DNA of 64,000 bases from an uncultured Chloroflexia bacterium (GTDB lineage Bacteria > Chloroflexota > Limnocylindria > Limnocylindrales > CSP1-4), in the NCBI GenBank assembly GCA_963766735.1, contig CAVYBU010000002.1, forward strand, positions 192,001 through 256,000, read 5' to 3'. The notes under the pieces are model-generated. The model was not told the DNA's origin and ran no database searches. It saw only the letters and a program-made list of their open reading frames with translations. The position numbers and the translations under genes are program-made. Of this stretch, positions 29,064-39,316 are shown one piece after another (positions within the stretch are counted from its first letter, which is position 1; each line of letters begins with the position of its first letter).

Positions 29064-29614
29064 CGGCCCGAGAGGCGCTGGACGAGGAGCTCGTCCGCCT
29101 CGAGGCGTCCGTCCGAGCGGCCGTCGACATCCGCGCCAGGATCAAGCGGAGCCCTGTCAAGGCGGCCGGGCTGGCCGGGGGTGCCGCGTTCGTGGTCCTC
29201 GGCGGTCCGCGGCGCGTGCTGCGCGGTGCCAGGCACGCGGTCTTCGGCCGGCCCGCACCGCTCCCGGAGTCGATGCTCCCGGAGGAGATCGACGCGTCCC
29301 TGCGAAAGCTGGGCGAGGACGGCGACAGGGTCCGCGGCCTCCTCGAGCACGAGTTCGCGAGCTTCCTCGAGCACACCGAGCCCGCCCGCAGGGGGCGGAA
29401 CCTGCGCGGCGCCGCGACCCTCGTGACGGTCGCATTCGTCAGGCCCCTCGTGCTGGGCTACAGCAAGCGTCTCGCCGGGCAGATCTTTGCGGCGGACGGC
29501 AACGAGTACAAGGATCGGCTGGACGCGGTGCGCGCCCGGTTCGGTGGGACCGAGGGGCCGGACTCGAGTACCGAGGGGCCGGACTCGAGTACCAAGGGGC
29601 CGGACTCGGCCTGA
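29024..29614 (+). CDS. Hypothetical protein (DUF3618-like partner of holin-like gene)
   Basis: R.EV.AARE.LDEEL..L coiled start, hydrophobic segment, overlaps preceding gene. Confidence 0.65.
   Translation: MGEGTSVARAEVLAAREALDEELVRLEASVRAAVDIRARIKRSPVKAAGLAGGAAFVVLGGPRRVLRGARHAVFGRPAPLPESMLPEEIDASLRKLGEDGDRVRGLLEHEFASFLEHTEPARRGRNLRGAATLVTVAFVRPLVLGYSKRLAGQIFAADGNEYKDRLDAVRARFGGTEGPDSSTEGPDSSTKGPDSA
29549..29608 (+). repeat. 21-bp tandem repeat x~3 (TEGPDSS)
   Basis: accgaggggccggactcgagt repeated. Confidence 0.9.
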
Positions 29615-29643
29615 CCGTCCCGGACATGGCAGGCGCCGGGACC

Positions 29644-29731
29644 TGGTAGGCGAGGTCGGATTCGAACCGACACGCCCCTCACGGGGCACCGGCTCCTAAG
29701 GCCGGCGCGTCTGCCATTTCGCCACTCGCCC
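29644..29731 (-). tRNA. tRNA-Leu (anticodon UAG)
   Basis: GGGCGAG acceptor, D-arm TGGCGAAATGGCAGACGC, anticodon loop CT-TAG-GA, long variable arm, GGTTCGAATCC, encoded CCA. Confidence 0.96.
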
Positions 29732-29870
29732 GTGCCGCGAGTCTAGCGCGCCGTCCGCATCCACCCCGCCCCGGGCTGCGCCCGCACGGACCGGCCATCG
29801 AGTGCGCCCAGCCGCTCCGCCCCCGGCTGCGCCCGCCCGGACCGCCGACCCACCCTATACTCGCCCCGCG

Positions 29871-31292
29871 ATGAATGTGACGGCTACCCCTGCCCCCAAG
29901 AGCTCCATTGTCCTCGAGGTCGAGGTTCCCGCCGACCGGCTCGACCGGTCTATCCGCGATGCGGTTGCGCGCCTGTCGCGCCAGACCCGCGTCGCCGGGT
30001 TCCGGCCCGGGAAGGCCCCGCGCCCCGTCCTCGAACGAGTCCTCGGCCCCACGGCCGTGCTCGAGGAGGCGGTGGACACGCTGGTCCAGGTCTCGTACCG
30101 GGATGCCGTGATCGAGCAGGGGATCGTGCCCCTCACGAACGCCGACGTCGAGATCATCGAGGCGGAGGAGGGCAAGCCGCTCCGCTTCAAGGCCACGATC
30201 CAGGTCCGCCCCGAGGTGACCCTGGGCGACTACGGGAACTTCAATTTCGGCCCTGAGATCGAGACCGTCGACGATGCGAAGATCGACAAGGTGCTCGATG
30301 AGCTCCGGGACCAGAACGCGACGCTGTCGGCGGTCGAGGACCGCCCGGCGAAGGACGGCGACTGGGCCATCATCGGCTTCGAGGGGACGAAGGACGGCGT
30401 TCCGTTCGACGGCGGCAAGACGGACCGGATGCCCCTGGTCATCGGTGAGGACCGCCTGATCCCCGGCTTCGAGGCGCACATCGTCGGCCTGAAGCCCGGC
30501 GAGGCCACCGAGTTCGACATCACCTTCCCGGAGGACTATGCCGAGCCCACCCTCGCGGGCGAACAGGTCCACTTCGCGGTGGACGTCAAGGAGCTGCGCG
30601 AGAAGATCCTGCCGGACGCGGACGACGAGTTCGCCCGGAGCATGGGCGCCTACGAGACGCTCGACGCCCTCAAGGAGAACATCGGCGAGCGGCTGCGCCG
30701 GAACGCCCTGGACCGCGCCCGCCACGAGTTCTCCGACAAGATCATCGAGTACGCGGTGGCCAACGCCACCATCGACCTCCCTGATGTCCTGGTGGAGCAG
30801 GAGGTCGAGGTCATGCATGACGAGTTCCGCACGACGCTCGCCCGGCAGGGGATCGATGAGCCCGCGTACCTCAAGGCGACGAGTCAGGAAGAGGCGGACC
30901 TGCACGCGGAGTTCCGGCCCCGGGCCGAGCAGCGCACGAGGGTCCTCCTTGTCCTGTCCGCCATCGCTGATGTCGAGGGCGTGGAGGTCTCCGACGCCGA
31001 GGTCGAGGCACAGGTGGACCTCGCCCGCGCACGCTACGACGACCCCAAGACTGCTCGCTACTTCGAGTCCGAACGTGGCCGGAACTTCATCCGGAGCACG
31101 CTGCGGCGCACCCAGACAGTCGAGGTCCTCGTCGACCGCTGGCTCGCTGCCCATCCCGAGCATCCGGCTCTGCCGCACATGGAGGATGACGCGCCCTCGG
31201 CCGTCGATGCTCCCGAGGCTGAGGCGGCCGCTGGCATCGACGCTACCGACCCCGGCGCCATCCCCGGTGCCGAAGCCTCCGCCGGAGCCTGA
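29871..31292 (+). CDS. tig: Trigger factor
   Basis: GFRPGKAP ribosome-binding motif, FKBP domain (IPGFE, FPEDY); precedes clpP-clpX. Confidence 0.97.
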   Translation: MNVTATPAPKSSIVLEVEVPADRLDRSIRDAVARLSRQTRVAGFRPGKAPRPVLERVLGPTAVLEEAVDTLVQVSYRDAVIEQGIVPLTNADVEIIEAEEGKPLRFKATIQVRPEVTLGDYGNFNFGPEIETVDDAKIDKVLDELRDQNATLSAVEDRPAKDGDWAIIGFEGTKDGVPFDGGKTDRMPLVIGEDRLIPGFEAHIVGLKPGEATEFDITFPEDYAEPTLAGEQVHFAVDVKELREKILPDADDEFARSMGAYETLDALKENIGERLRRNALDRARHEFSDKIIEYAVANATIDLPDVLVEQEVEVMHDEFRTTLARQGIDEPAYLKATSQEEADLHAEFRPRAEQRTRVLLVLSAIADVEGVEVSDAEVEAQVDLARARYDDPKTARYFESERGRNFIRSTLRRTQTVEVLVDRWLAAHPEHPALPHMEDDAPSAVDAPEAEAAAGIDATDPGAIPGAEASAGA

Positions 31293-31327
31293 CCCCGACA
31301 CCCGATCCAACGCAGGGGAGACCCGCC

Positions 31328-31966
31328 ATGCTCGTCCCGATGGTCATCGAGTCCACCAGCCGCGGTGAGCGCGCCTACGACATCTACTCGCGGCTGCTGA
31401 AAGAGCGGATCATCTTCCTTGGCGACGCGATCGACGATCACCTCGCCAACCTGGTCATCGCCCAGTTGCTGTTCCTCGAGTCGGAGGATCCCGAGAAGGA
31501 CATCAGCCTCTACGTCAACTCGCCCGGCGGCGTGGTGACGAGCGGGCTCGCCATCTACGACACGATGCAGTACCTGCGGGCCCCCGTCAGCACGATCTGC
31601 ATCGGCATGGCGGCGTCCATGGCGGCTGTCCTGCTGGCGGCCGGTGCGAAGGGCAAGCGGTACGCGCTGCCGCACAGCCGGATCATGATCCACCAGGGCT
31701 CAGGCGGCTTCCGGGGCAACGCGCCCGATGCCATCATCCAGATGAAGGAGTGGGAGCACCTGGTCCAGGTCAACCACGACATCCTGGCCCAGCACACCGG
31801 CCAGACCATCGAGAAGGTCGTCCAGGACACGAACAGGGATTACTTCATGGGCCCCGAGGACGCCAAGGCGTATGGCATCATCGACGCTGTGTACACCGTC
31901 ACCGGTGACTCGCTGATCGCGCAGGCGCACGATGCGGGGCTCGCCGGCGGCAAGACGGTCGAGTAG
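31328..31966 (+). CDS. clpP: ATP-dependent Clp protease proteolytic subunit
   Basis: [20 protein letters not shown] (Ser), MIHQ (His), RD. Confidence 0.98.
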   Translation: MLVPMVIESTSRGERAYDIYSRLLKERIIFLGDAIDDHLANLVIAQLLFLESEDPEKDISLYVNSPGGVVTSGLAIYDTMQYLRAPVSTICIGMAASMAAVLLAAGAKGKRYALPHSRIMIHQGSGGFRGNAPDAIIQMKEWEHLVQVNHDILAQHTGQTIEKVVQDTNRDYFMGPEDAKAYGIIDAVYTVTGDSLIAQAHDAGLAGGKTVE

Positions 31967-31976
31967 GGCAGGGCAC

Positions 31977-33290
31977 ATGCCGACGTCGACGACGGGTTCG
32001 AAGGGGACCAAGGTTCCCTACCGCTGCTCCTTCTGCGGCAAGTCCCAGGAGCAGGTTCGCAAGCTCATCGCAGGGCAGGGCGTCTACATCTGCGATGAGT
32101 GCATCAACCTGTGCCAGGAGATCATCGAGGAAGAGCTGCTCGAGGCGCCCAAGGCGCGCCCGGCCCAGCAGAAGCTCCCCAAGCCGCATCAGATCACCGC
32201 CAACCTCGACGAGTACGTCATCTCGCAGGAGAAGGCGAAGAAGGTCCTCTCCGTCGCCGTCTACAACCACTACAAGCGGATCAGCGTCGGCAACAGCGTC
32301 GATGACGTCGAGCTACAGAAGTCGAACGTCCTGCTGGTCGGGCCCACGGGCTCCGGCAAGACGCTCCTCGCGCAGACGCTCGCGCGGGTGCTGGACGTCC
32401 CGTTCTGCATCGCCGATGCCACGTCCCTGACCGAGGCCGGGTACGTGGGCGAGGACGTGGAGAACATCCTCCTGCGGCTGATTCAGGCGGCCGACTTCGA
32501 TGTTGCCCGTGCCCAGAGAGGGATCATCTACATCGACGAGATCGACAAGGTCGCCCGCAAGGCCGACAACCCGTCGATCACCCGGGACGTCTCCGGCGAG
32601 GGGGTCCAGCAGGCGCTGCTCAAGATCCTGGAGGGAACGGTGGCCAACGTGCCGCCGCAGGGCGGACGCAAGCACCCGCACCAGGACTTCATCCAGATCG
32701 ACACGACCAACGTGCTGTTCATCTGCGGTGGCGCGTTCGATGGGCTGGAGAAGATCGTCGAGGAGCGGGTGGGCAAGCGCTCCATCGGGTTCGGCTCCGA
32801 CGGCGTGATGTCCAGGATCGACAAGGCGAAGATCATCGAGAGGCTGATGCCGGAGGACCTGCTGAAGTACGGGCTCATCCCGGAGTTCATCGGCCGGCTG
32901 CCCGTCATCGTCACGCTCTCGCCGCTGTCCGTCGACGATCTCAAGCGCGTCCTCGTGGAGCCGAAGAACGCCGTCACCCGCCAGTTCCAGAAGTTCCTGC
33001 AGCTGGACAAGGTGGACCTGGTCTTCACGGACGGGGCCCTGCGCGCCGCGGCGGAGGTCGCCCTGGACCGCAAGACCGGCGCCCGCGCCCTCCGATCGAT
33101 CGTGGAGGAGGCGCTGCTCGAGGTGATGTACGACATCCCCGAGCGAACCGACGTGCGGCGCTGCATCATCACCGAGGAGACGATCCGCGATCGCCGCGCC
33201 CCGCTGCTGCTCACGAAGTCGGACGTGGACAAGGGCGTGGACGAGACGAACTACGCGGAGTGGCTCTCGGAGCAGAGCGCCAGCGCCTAG
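31977..33290 (+). CDS. clpX: ATP-dependent Clp protease ATP-binding subunit
   Basis: CSFCGK zinc finger, [29 protein letters not shown] loop. Confidence 0.98.
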   Translation: MPTSTTGSKGTKVPYRCSFCGKSQEQVRKLIAGQGVYICDECINLCQEIIEEELLEAPKARPAQQKLPKPHQITANLDEYVISQEKAKKVLSVAVYNHYKRISVGNSVDDVELQKSNVLLVGPTGSGKTLLAQTLARVLDVPFCIADATSLTEAGYVGEDVENILLRLIQAADFDVARAQRGIIYIDEIDKVARKADNPSITRDVSGEGVQQALLKILEGTVANVPPQGGRKHPHQDFIQIDTTNVLFICGGAFDGLEKIVEERVGKRSIGFGSDGVMSRIDKAKIIERLMPEDLLKYGLIPEFIGRLPVIVTLSPLSVDDLKRVLVEPKNAVTRQFQKFLQLDKVDLVFTDGALRAAAEVALDRKTGARALRSIVEEALLEVMYDIPERTDVRRCIITEETIRDRRAPLLLTKSDVDKGVDETNYAEWLSEQSASA

Positions 33291-33484
33291 GCCCTCCTGG
33301 GTGCCTGCTCCCCCGCTGCCGGCAGATCCGGGCTGAAGGTGCTGCCCTCGCCCTCGGTGGACTCCAGGGTGAGGTCGCTGTCCATGAGCCGCGCGGCCTT
33401 GCGCACGATCGCCAGGCCGATGCCCGTGCCCGCGTGCTCGTCCTCGGCGTGGTTCCGTGAGGGCCTCCTGCCGTGGACCATCAA
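33287..33484 (-). pseudogene. Remnant of histidine kinase HATPase C-terminus
   Basis: [11 protein letters not shown]...[11 protein letters not shown] (G2/G3 boxes) without H-box or N-box. Confidence 0.65.
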
Positions 33485-33524
33485 CCCGGGCGCCGATTCC
33501 CGCGTGGTAGACTCCCGCCCTCAC

Positions 33525-33762
33525 GGCGATGACCGGGAAGAGTAGGTCCGGGAACGGCCCCAAGCGAGCGCGGGACGGTGCGAGCCGCGCGGCACGATCG
33601 GTCCGAAGGTCGCTTGCGAGCCGTGCGGGTGGCGCCCGATAGCGCGCCGAGAGCGTGACCGGAAACAGGCGAGCCGCGACGAACGGCCAACCCCGGCCAC
33701 GAAACCCAGCAGGTGGTACCACGACCCCGTTCGTCCGCTGGACGAGCGGGTCGTTGCGTTTT
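33525..33762 (+). promoter_or_regulatory. T-box riboswitch (Val, GUC specifier)
   Basis: GCGATGA..GAAGAGTAG stem I start, AGCGAG/GGTGCGAG loops, GAAG-GTC specifier (33609), AGGTGGTACCACG T-box (33711), terminator hairpin plus T-tract. Confidence 0.9.
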
Positions 33763-33774
33763 CGGGAGCGAGCG

Positions 33775-36507
33775 ATGGCGGAAGAGGCGAACGGACAGCT
33801 GGCAAAGGCCTACGTGCCGGTCGAGTTCGAGCACGACATCTACGAGCGCTGGCTGGCAGCGGACGTCTTCGCGCCCGACGGGGCCGGATCGAGGGCGGAC
33901 TGGAGCCTTGAGCCGTTCGTCATCATCCAGCCGCCGCCCAACGTGACGGGCAGCCTGCACCTTGGCCACGCCCAGCGGACGACGGTCGAGGACCTGATGA
34001 CCCGCCACGCCCGCATGCAGGGGCGCCCGGCGCTGTTCCTCCCCGGTCTCGACCATGCGAGCATCGCCGCCCAGTTCGTGCTGGACGGGATCCTCGCCAA
34101 GGAAGGCGAGAGCCGCGCGACCCTGGGCCGGGAGCGGTACCTGGAGCGGATGCACGGCTTCATCGAGGAGACGAGGACCGTCATCCTCACCCAGCAGCGG
34201 CGGGTCGGCGGCAGCTGTGACTGGGGCCGCCTCCGCTTCACGATGGACGAGGTCAGCGGCAGGGCCGTCCGCGAGGCCTTCCTGCGGCTCTACCGCAAGG
34301 GGCTCGCGTATCGCGCCGAGGCGCTCATCAACTGGTGCCCGGGCTGCCGAACGAGCGTCAGCGACCTCGAGGTGATCCCCACCCCCGAGGCGGGGACCCT
34401 GTGGCGGGTCCGATACCACCTCGTGGACGAGGCAACCGGCGCCCCGGACCCGCACGCCACCATGACCGTCGCCACGACGCGCCCCGAGACGATCCTGGGC
34501 GACACCGCCGTGGCCGTGCACCCCGACGATCCGCGCTACGCCGCCCTGGTCGGCCGCCGCGTCCGCATCCCGTTCGTGGAGCGCGACGTTCCGGTCATCG
34601 CGGACCCCGTGGTGGACCCGGCGTTCGGGACCGGCGCGGTGAAGATCACCCCGGCCCACGATCACGACGACAACGAGACCGGTCGACGCCACGGCCTGGC
34701 GATGCCGACGATCCTCGATGACGCCGCCCACATCGCCAACACCGGCACGCCCTACGACGGGCTCGAGCGCTACGCGGCGCGGACGGCCATCCTCGCGGAC
34801 CTCGCAGCCCGCGGCGACCTGGAGGGCGACACACCCCACGAGATGGTCATCGGCCGCTGCCAGCGCAGCACGGACGTGGTGGAGCCGCGCCTCAAGACGC
34901 AGTGGTTCGTGCGCACAGCGCCACTCGCGGAGGCCGCGCTGGCGGCGACCCGCGGCGGGACGACGCGGATCCTGCCGGAGCGCTTCGAGAAGACCTGGGA
35001 GCACTGGCTGGTCAACATCCGGGACTGGAACGTCTCCCGCCAGCTCTGGTGGGGGCACCGGATCCCGGCCTGGTACTGCCCGGACGGCCATGCCACGGTC
35101 TCGGCGGAGGTCGACGGGCCCGCCGCCTGCGAGGTGTGCGCGAAGCCGGCTGCGGTCCTCACCCAGGATCCGGACATCTTCGACACCTGGTTCAGCTCGG
35201 GCCTGTGGCCCTTCTCCACGCTCGGCTGGCCGGACGCGACTGCCGACGTCGCCCGCTTCTATCCGGGCGCGGTCATGGAGACGGCCTACGACATCATCTT
35301 CTTCTGGGTGGCCCGGATGATGATGCTGGGCATCGAGCTGATGGGGGAGGTCCCGTTCAAGGCCGTCTACCTCTCGGGCCTGATCCGGGACCCGTACGGC
35401 CAGAAGATGTCGAAGACGAAGGGGAACACCGTGGATCCCCTCGGCACGATCGACGAGGTCGGCGCGGACGCGCTGCGCTTCGCGGTTGTCCATGGGGCGA
35501 CGCCCGGCAACGACCAGCGGTTCGCCTCCACCAAGGTGGACAACGCCCGCAACTTCGGCAACAAGCTCTGGAATGCCACGCGGTACGTGCTGGGCGCCCG
35601 TCCGTCGACGATCCCGGCGGACGCGCAACGGCAGAGTCCGGATCGGGTGCTCCTGGGACCCGCCGAGCGATGGGTGCTGTCCCGGGCCGCCGATACCGTG
35701 GTCGCCGTGGACAGGGCGATGGCCGAGTACGGCTTCGGCGAGGTCACGCGCATCCTGTACGACGCCATCTGGAGCGAATACTGCGACTGGGGCCTCGAGC
35801 TGGCGAAGGTGCGCCTGGCGGACGAGACGCTCCCGGCCCCGGAGCGCGAGGCCACATGGTGGGCGCTGGTCGAGGCGCTGGACACGTACCTCCGCCTCCT
35901 GCACCCCGTCATGCCGTTCATCACGGAGCGCCTCTGGGCGGCGCTGCCTCATCTGGCGTCCGACCCCGAGCTGCTCATCGTGGCCCGCTGGCCGACGGCG
36001 GGGGAACATGACGCCGAGGCCGAGGCCCAGGTGGGCGCCTTGGTGGAGCTCGTCCGCGCCGTCCGCAACGCGCGGGCGGAGGCGAAGCTGGAACCCGCCG
36101 CGTGGCTGCCGGTGGACATCTATGTGGAGCCCGGTCTCGGACCGGCCTTCGATGCCCTGCGGCCGGCGCTCGAGCGGCTGGCCAGGACCCGATCCCTTCG
36201 ACGGCAGGTCACGCGCGAGGCACTCCATGCGATCCCCGGTGCGGCGGCTGGCCTGGCGGTGATCGCAGGGGAGGTGGAGGCGGTCGTCGGGACCACAACG
36301 GCCGACCCAGCAGCTGCGGGAGCCGATCGCGGCCGGCTTGAGAAGGAGCTGGCCGATGCGGAGCGGCTGCTGGCTGCAGCCCGCGGACGCCTGGCCAACG
36401 CTGCATTCCTGGCCAAGGCGCCGCCGGTGGTCGTGGCTGGGGCACGGGCCCGGGAAGCGGAGCTGACCGGCCAGGTGGAGCGCCTGAGGGCCCGTCTGGT
36501 CCGGTGA
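33775..36507 (+). CDS. valS: Valine--tRNA ligase
   Basis: PPPNVTGSLHLGH (HIGH), DHASIA, TTRPET, SRQLWWGH, KMSKTKGN, C-terminal coiled coil. Confidence 0.98.
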   Translation: MAEEANGQLAKAYVPVEFEHDIYERWLAADVFAPDGAGSRADWSLEPFVIIQPPPNVTGSLHLGHAQRTTVEDLMTRHARMQGRPALFLPGLDHASIAAQFVLDGILAKEGESRATLGRERYLERMHGFIEETRTVILTQQRRVGGSCDWGRLRFTMDEVSGRAVREAFLRLYRKGLAYRAEALINWCPGCRTSVSDLEVIPTPEAGTLWRVRYHLVDEATGAPDPHATMTVATTRPETILGDTAVAVHPDDPRYAALVGRRVRIPFVERDVPVIADPVVDPAFGTGAVKITPAHDHDDNETGRRHGLAMPTILDDAAHIANTGTPYDGLERYAARTAILADLAARGDLEGDTPHEMVIGRCQRSTDVVEPRLKTQWFVRTAPLAEAALAATRGGTTRILPERFEKTWEHWLVNIRDWNVSRQLWWGHRIPAWYCPDGHATVSAEVDGPAACEVCAKPAAVLTQDPDIFDTWFSSGLWPFSTLGWPDATADVARFYPGAVMETAYDIIFFWVARMMMLGIELMGEVPFKAVYLSGLIRDPYGQKMSKTKGNTVDPLGTIDEVGADALRFAVVHGATPGNDQRFASTKVDNARNFGNKLWNATRYVLGARPSTIPADAQRQSPDRVLLGPAERWVLSRAADTVVAVDRAMAEYGFGEVTRILYDAIWSEYCDWGLELAKVRLADETLPAPEREATWWALVEALDTYLRLLHPVMPFITERLWAALPHLASDPELLIVARWPTAGEHDAEAEAQVGALVELVRAVRNARAEAKLEPAAWLPVDIYVEPGLGPAFDALRPALERLARTRSLRRQVTREALHAIPGAAAGLAVIAGEVEAVVGTTTADPAAAGADRGRLEKELADAERLLAAARGRLANAAFLAKAPPVVVAGARAREAELTGQVERLRARLVR

Positions 36508-36589
36508 TGTTCCACGTCCCGCCCTGCCACCGGCGCCGCGCTGGTAGGATGGCCCAGATCCGCCACCAGGACGTGTCCCGGAGGACGCA

Positions 36590-37342
36590 GTGCCCCTCGA
36601 GTTCCTGAAGCGCCGCGGCGGCGATGCCGACAAGGCCGCAGCTTCCTCGCAGCCCGCGAAACCCGTCGGGCTGCCGGAGGAGGTCGTCGCCCAGGAGTTC
36701 CAGCTCAAGCTCCAGTACGCGGGCAAGAGCACGGAGGGCGTCCGCATGCGCGCCGGGCCACGCTCGCTCGACGAGCTGCCGGACATGCTCGCCGGCGTCG
36801 CGCGGAGCGAGGTCGAGGTCGTGGAACCGCTGCCGCTGGAGTTCGCCCAGGCCATTCCCCAGATCACGCGCCCGTCGGAGGCGATGCAGTGGCTGAACGC
36901 CCACCATGAGCTCAGCCCGATCACCCGGCATGCGCTCGTCGTCCTCGAGTCGATCGACGCGGTGGACCTTGCCTTCGACACCTTCGCGTGCGCGCTGCTC
37001 GACGGCGAGACCGACACGTCCGGCTACCCGCAGTACAACGCGATCATCGGTGGCGTCGCATCCCACTGGGACGAGGCGACGGGCGACATGATCGTGCGCG
37101 GGGTGGTTGGCTGGGGCGGCCGAGGGGTCCGCGGCGATACCGACCGGCTCGGCTCGAGGATCCTCGGCGGGCTCCTGACCAACATCCTCGCGAACCAGTA
37201 CGCCATGGGCCTCACCGCCGTGGATCGCCCGGTCCCCGCGGCCGGTCGGGGCGGCCTGGTGTGCGCACACTGCGGCTTCGCCTCCGGCCACGAGCGCGCC
37301 TTCTACTGTCCCAAGTGCGGGATGCGGCTGCTCCGCGGCTGA
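36590..37342 (+). CDS. Hypothetical protein with C-terminal zinc ribbon
   Basis: GGAGG RBS, globular body, CAHC..FYCPKCG. Confidence 0.75.
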   Translation: MPLEFLKRRGGDADKAAASSQPAKPVGLPEEVVAQEFQLKLQYAGKSTEGVRMRAGPRSLDELPDMLAGVARSEVEVVEPLPLEFAQAIPQITRPSEAMQWLNAHHELSPITRHALVVLESIDAVDLAFDTFACALLDGETDTSGYPQYNAIIGGVASHWDEATGDMIVRGVVGWGGRGVRGDTDRLGSRILGGLLTNILANQYAMGLTAVDRPVPAAGRGGLVCAHCGFASGHERAFYCPKCGMRLLRG

Positions 37343-37366
37343 TCCCACCATCACCACCCCACGACG

Positions 37367-37831
37367 ATGCCGATCTACGACTACCTCTGCTCCGCCTGCG
37401 ACCACCGGGCCGACATCCTCCACGGGATAAACGATCCCGGCCCGCACTTCTGCCCGTCGTGCGGCGCGGAAGGGGCGATGCGCAAGCAGTTCACGACGCC
37501 AGCGATCCACTTCAAGGGATCGGGCTGGGCGAAGAAGGACCGGGGCAGCTCCAGCGCGACCCGAGCCGCGTCCGCGTCCGGGTCAGGCGAAGGGAGGGAC
37601 GCCAAGGGTGGCGATGCCTCTGCCTCCGGCAAGGAGTCCGGTTCGGGCGGCGAGTCGGGATCCTCGACCGGCTCCGACTCGACAGGATCCACGGACTCCG
37701 GCTCGACCGACTCGAAGAGCTCCGGACGTGCCGGATCGAAGGACTCCGGCTCGACCGACTCGAAGAGCTCCGGACGTGCCGGATCGAAGGACGCCCATTC
37801 GCCCAGGTCGTCATCGGACAAGGGGGACTGA
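37367..37831 (+). CDS. FmdB family zinc-ribbon regulatory protein
   Basis: MPIYDYLCSAC, CPSCG, FKGSGW, Ser/Gly-rich tail. Confidence 0.9.
   Translation: MPIYDYLCSACDHRADILHGINDPGPHFCPSCGAEGAMRKQFTTPAIHFKGSGWAKKDRGSSSATRAASASGSGEGRDAKGGDASASGKESGSGGESGSSTGSDSTGSTDSGSTDSKSSGRAGSKDSGSTDSKSSGRAGSKDAHSPRSSSDKGD
37693..37792 (+). repeat. 48-bp tandem duplication in FmdB tail
   Basis: ggactccggctcgaccgactcgaagagctccggacgtgccggatcgaa x2 (DSGSTDSKSSGRAGSK). Confidence 0.92.
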
Positions 37832-37836
37832 CGCCA

Positions 37837-38073
37837 ATGCCCGCCGCCGCTGACTGGATCACGCTGGGCGAAGCCGCCGAGATCCTCGCTGTCGCCAACG
37901 TCCACTTCCGACCCGAAACGATTGGGGCCTGGGCACGCAGCGGACGCCTCGCAAGCATCAAGCTCGGTGGTCGTCGCTACGTCCGCCGTGGCGAGGTCCG
38001 TGCCCTGGTCGCGGCGCCGCGCCGGGTCCGCGGCGAGGACATCCAGCCCGGGCTGTTCGAGGACTTGGCCTGA
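37837..38073 (+). CDS. Small HTH (HTH_17/excisionase-like) DNA-binding protein
   Basis: WITLGEAAEIL...ETI..WARSGRL..IKLGGRRYV. Confidence 0.8.
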   Translation: MPAAADWITLGEAAEILAVANVHFRPETIGAWARSGRLASIKLGGRRYVRRGEVRALVAAPRRVRGEDIQPGLFEDLA

Positions 38074-38077
38074 ACCC

Positions 38078-39061
38078 ATGAGCGACACCGACGGCGAGGC
38101 CGGCGTCGATCGCTGGCGGGCGCTGGCGGCACGGGTCGTCCAGCGTGTCGGCGGCCTCTCGGCCGTCCGGGCGCTCCTGTCGACGCTGGCGGTGTATGAC
38201 CTGGCCGGCGGGGGACTGACGGCCGGGGGGCTTGCCTACGCGTCGCTGCTTGCCCTCCTGCCGGGGCTGCTGCTCGTCTTCTCGATCCTGGGGATGCTCG
38301 TCACCGATCCAGCGGCCCTGGAGCAGATCGTGGCGTTCATCGCGGTGGCAGTGCCGCCCCTCGAGGACCTGACCCGGGCGGCGCTGGAGCAGGTTGCGGC
38401 CGGCGCCGTCCCCACCGGGATCGTGGCCTTCATCGCCCTGCTTTGGGGATCCAGCCGGTTCTACGCCGCGCTCGACTACGCGTTCTCGAAGGCGTTCCAC
38501 AACGCGCCCCGGCGCAATGAGATCCAACGCACCTTCCGGGGCGTCCTCGTCACCGGGATGTTCGTCGCGCTGCCCGTCGCTGCCCTCGCCGCCGCTGCTC
38601 TCGCGACGTGGGTGGCGGACCGGGCCCCCGACGGGATCGAGACCGGGATCGTGACCAGCCTGTTGTCGCGACTGGCCTCCCCGCTCGGCTCCTTCGTCCT
38701 GTTCGTGGGCGCGACGGCCGCGGTCTACCGGTGGGTGCCCGCGGTCCGTGTGCCCGCCCGAGCCCTGTTGCCGCCGGCGCTGCTCTCGGGCTTCGTCCTG
38801 GCGGCCTTCACCCAGATCTTCGGCTTCATTGCCCCGCGCATGTCCGCGATCGCGGCGCTGTACGGCGCCATCGTCACGGTGTTCGTCCTGCTCGCGTGGC
38901 TGTCGATCGGGTTCAACGTGCTGTTGCTGGGAGCGTCGTGGACCCGCGTACGTCAGCTGGCGATGTCGCAGCCGATACCGCCGGATGTGGGGCGGACAGG
39001 GGCCGATCCGGACGGGAGCGAGCCTGATCCCACGTTGCCGGGAGACGACGACCAAGGGTGA
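38078..39061 (+). CDS. YihY/virulence factor BrkB family membrane protein
   Basis: AGGLAYASLLALLP, LLWGSS, YRWVP, YGAIVTVFVLLAWL. Confidence 0.88.
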   Translation: MSDTDGEAGVDRWRALAARVVQRVGGLSAVRALLSTLAVYDLAGGGLTAGGLAYASLLALLPGLLLVFSILGMLVTDPAALEQIVAFIAVAVPPLEDLTRAALEQVAAGAVPTGIVAFIALLWGSSRFYAALDYAFSKAFHNAPRRNEIQRTFRGVLVTGMFVALPVAALAAAALATWVADRAPDGIETGIVTSLLSRLASPLGSFVLFVGATAAVYRWVPAVRVPARALLPPALLSGFVLAAFTQIFGFIAPRMSAIAALYGAIVTVFVLLAWLSIGFNVLLLGASWTRVRQLAMSQPIPPDVGRTGADPDGSEPDPTLPGDDDQG

Positions 39062-39316
39062 TCGCGTACCGTCCACCCGCTGCGGTCGCGGTCGCGGGGC
39101 GCGGGTGCGGGGAAGTCGCGGCGGGACGGGGGACTCGGCGGTGGAGTCGCGGCGGCGCCACAGCGGATGCGGCCTGAACGGGCGTGGACGGCATTGGATG
39201 AGCGCGATCGTTGCGGCCCTGAGCCGGATCCACACACAACGCGACGCCAACTCGATCGGGGACCTGTGCCACTGCCCGCCTGCGGGTTCCTGGCGGCGCG
39301 ATCCCGGGCAGCCGAC

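Noticed and set aside
29549-29731. tRNA-Leu as an integration site, or the adjacent 21-bp repeats as a CRISPR array
   Set aside because: There is no integrase and no duplicated tRNA 3' end in the window; the repeats are contiguous, in-frame and have no spacers.
33481-37017. 1178-aa minus-strand ORF and other long antisense or alternate-frame ORFs (e.g. 43469-46567, 14402-16462, 59199-61409)
   Set aside because: They shadow well-supported genes (valS, pbpA/moxR, aldolase, helicase); stop-poor frames are expected at this GC and they show no motifs.
28302-38073. Holin-like gene and excisionase-like HTH as prophage evidence
   Set aside because: Both families are common chromosomal genes; no structural, terminase or integrase genes are present and the context is housekeeping.
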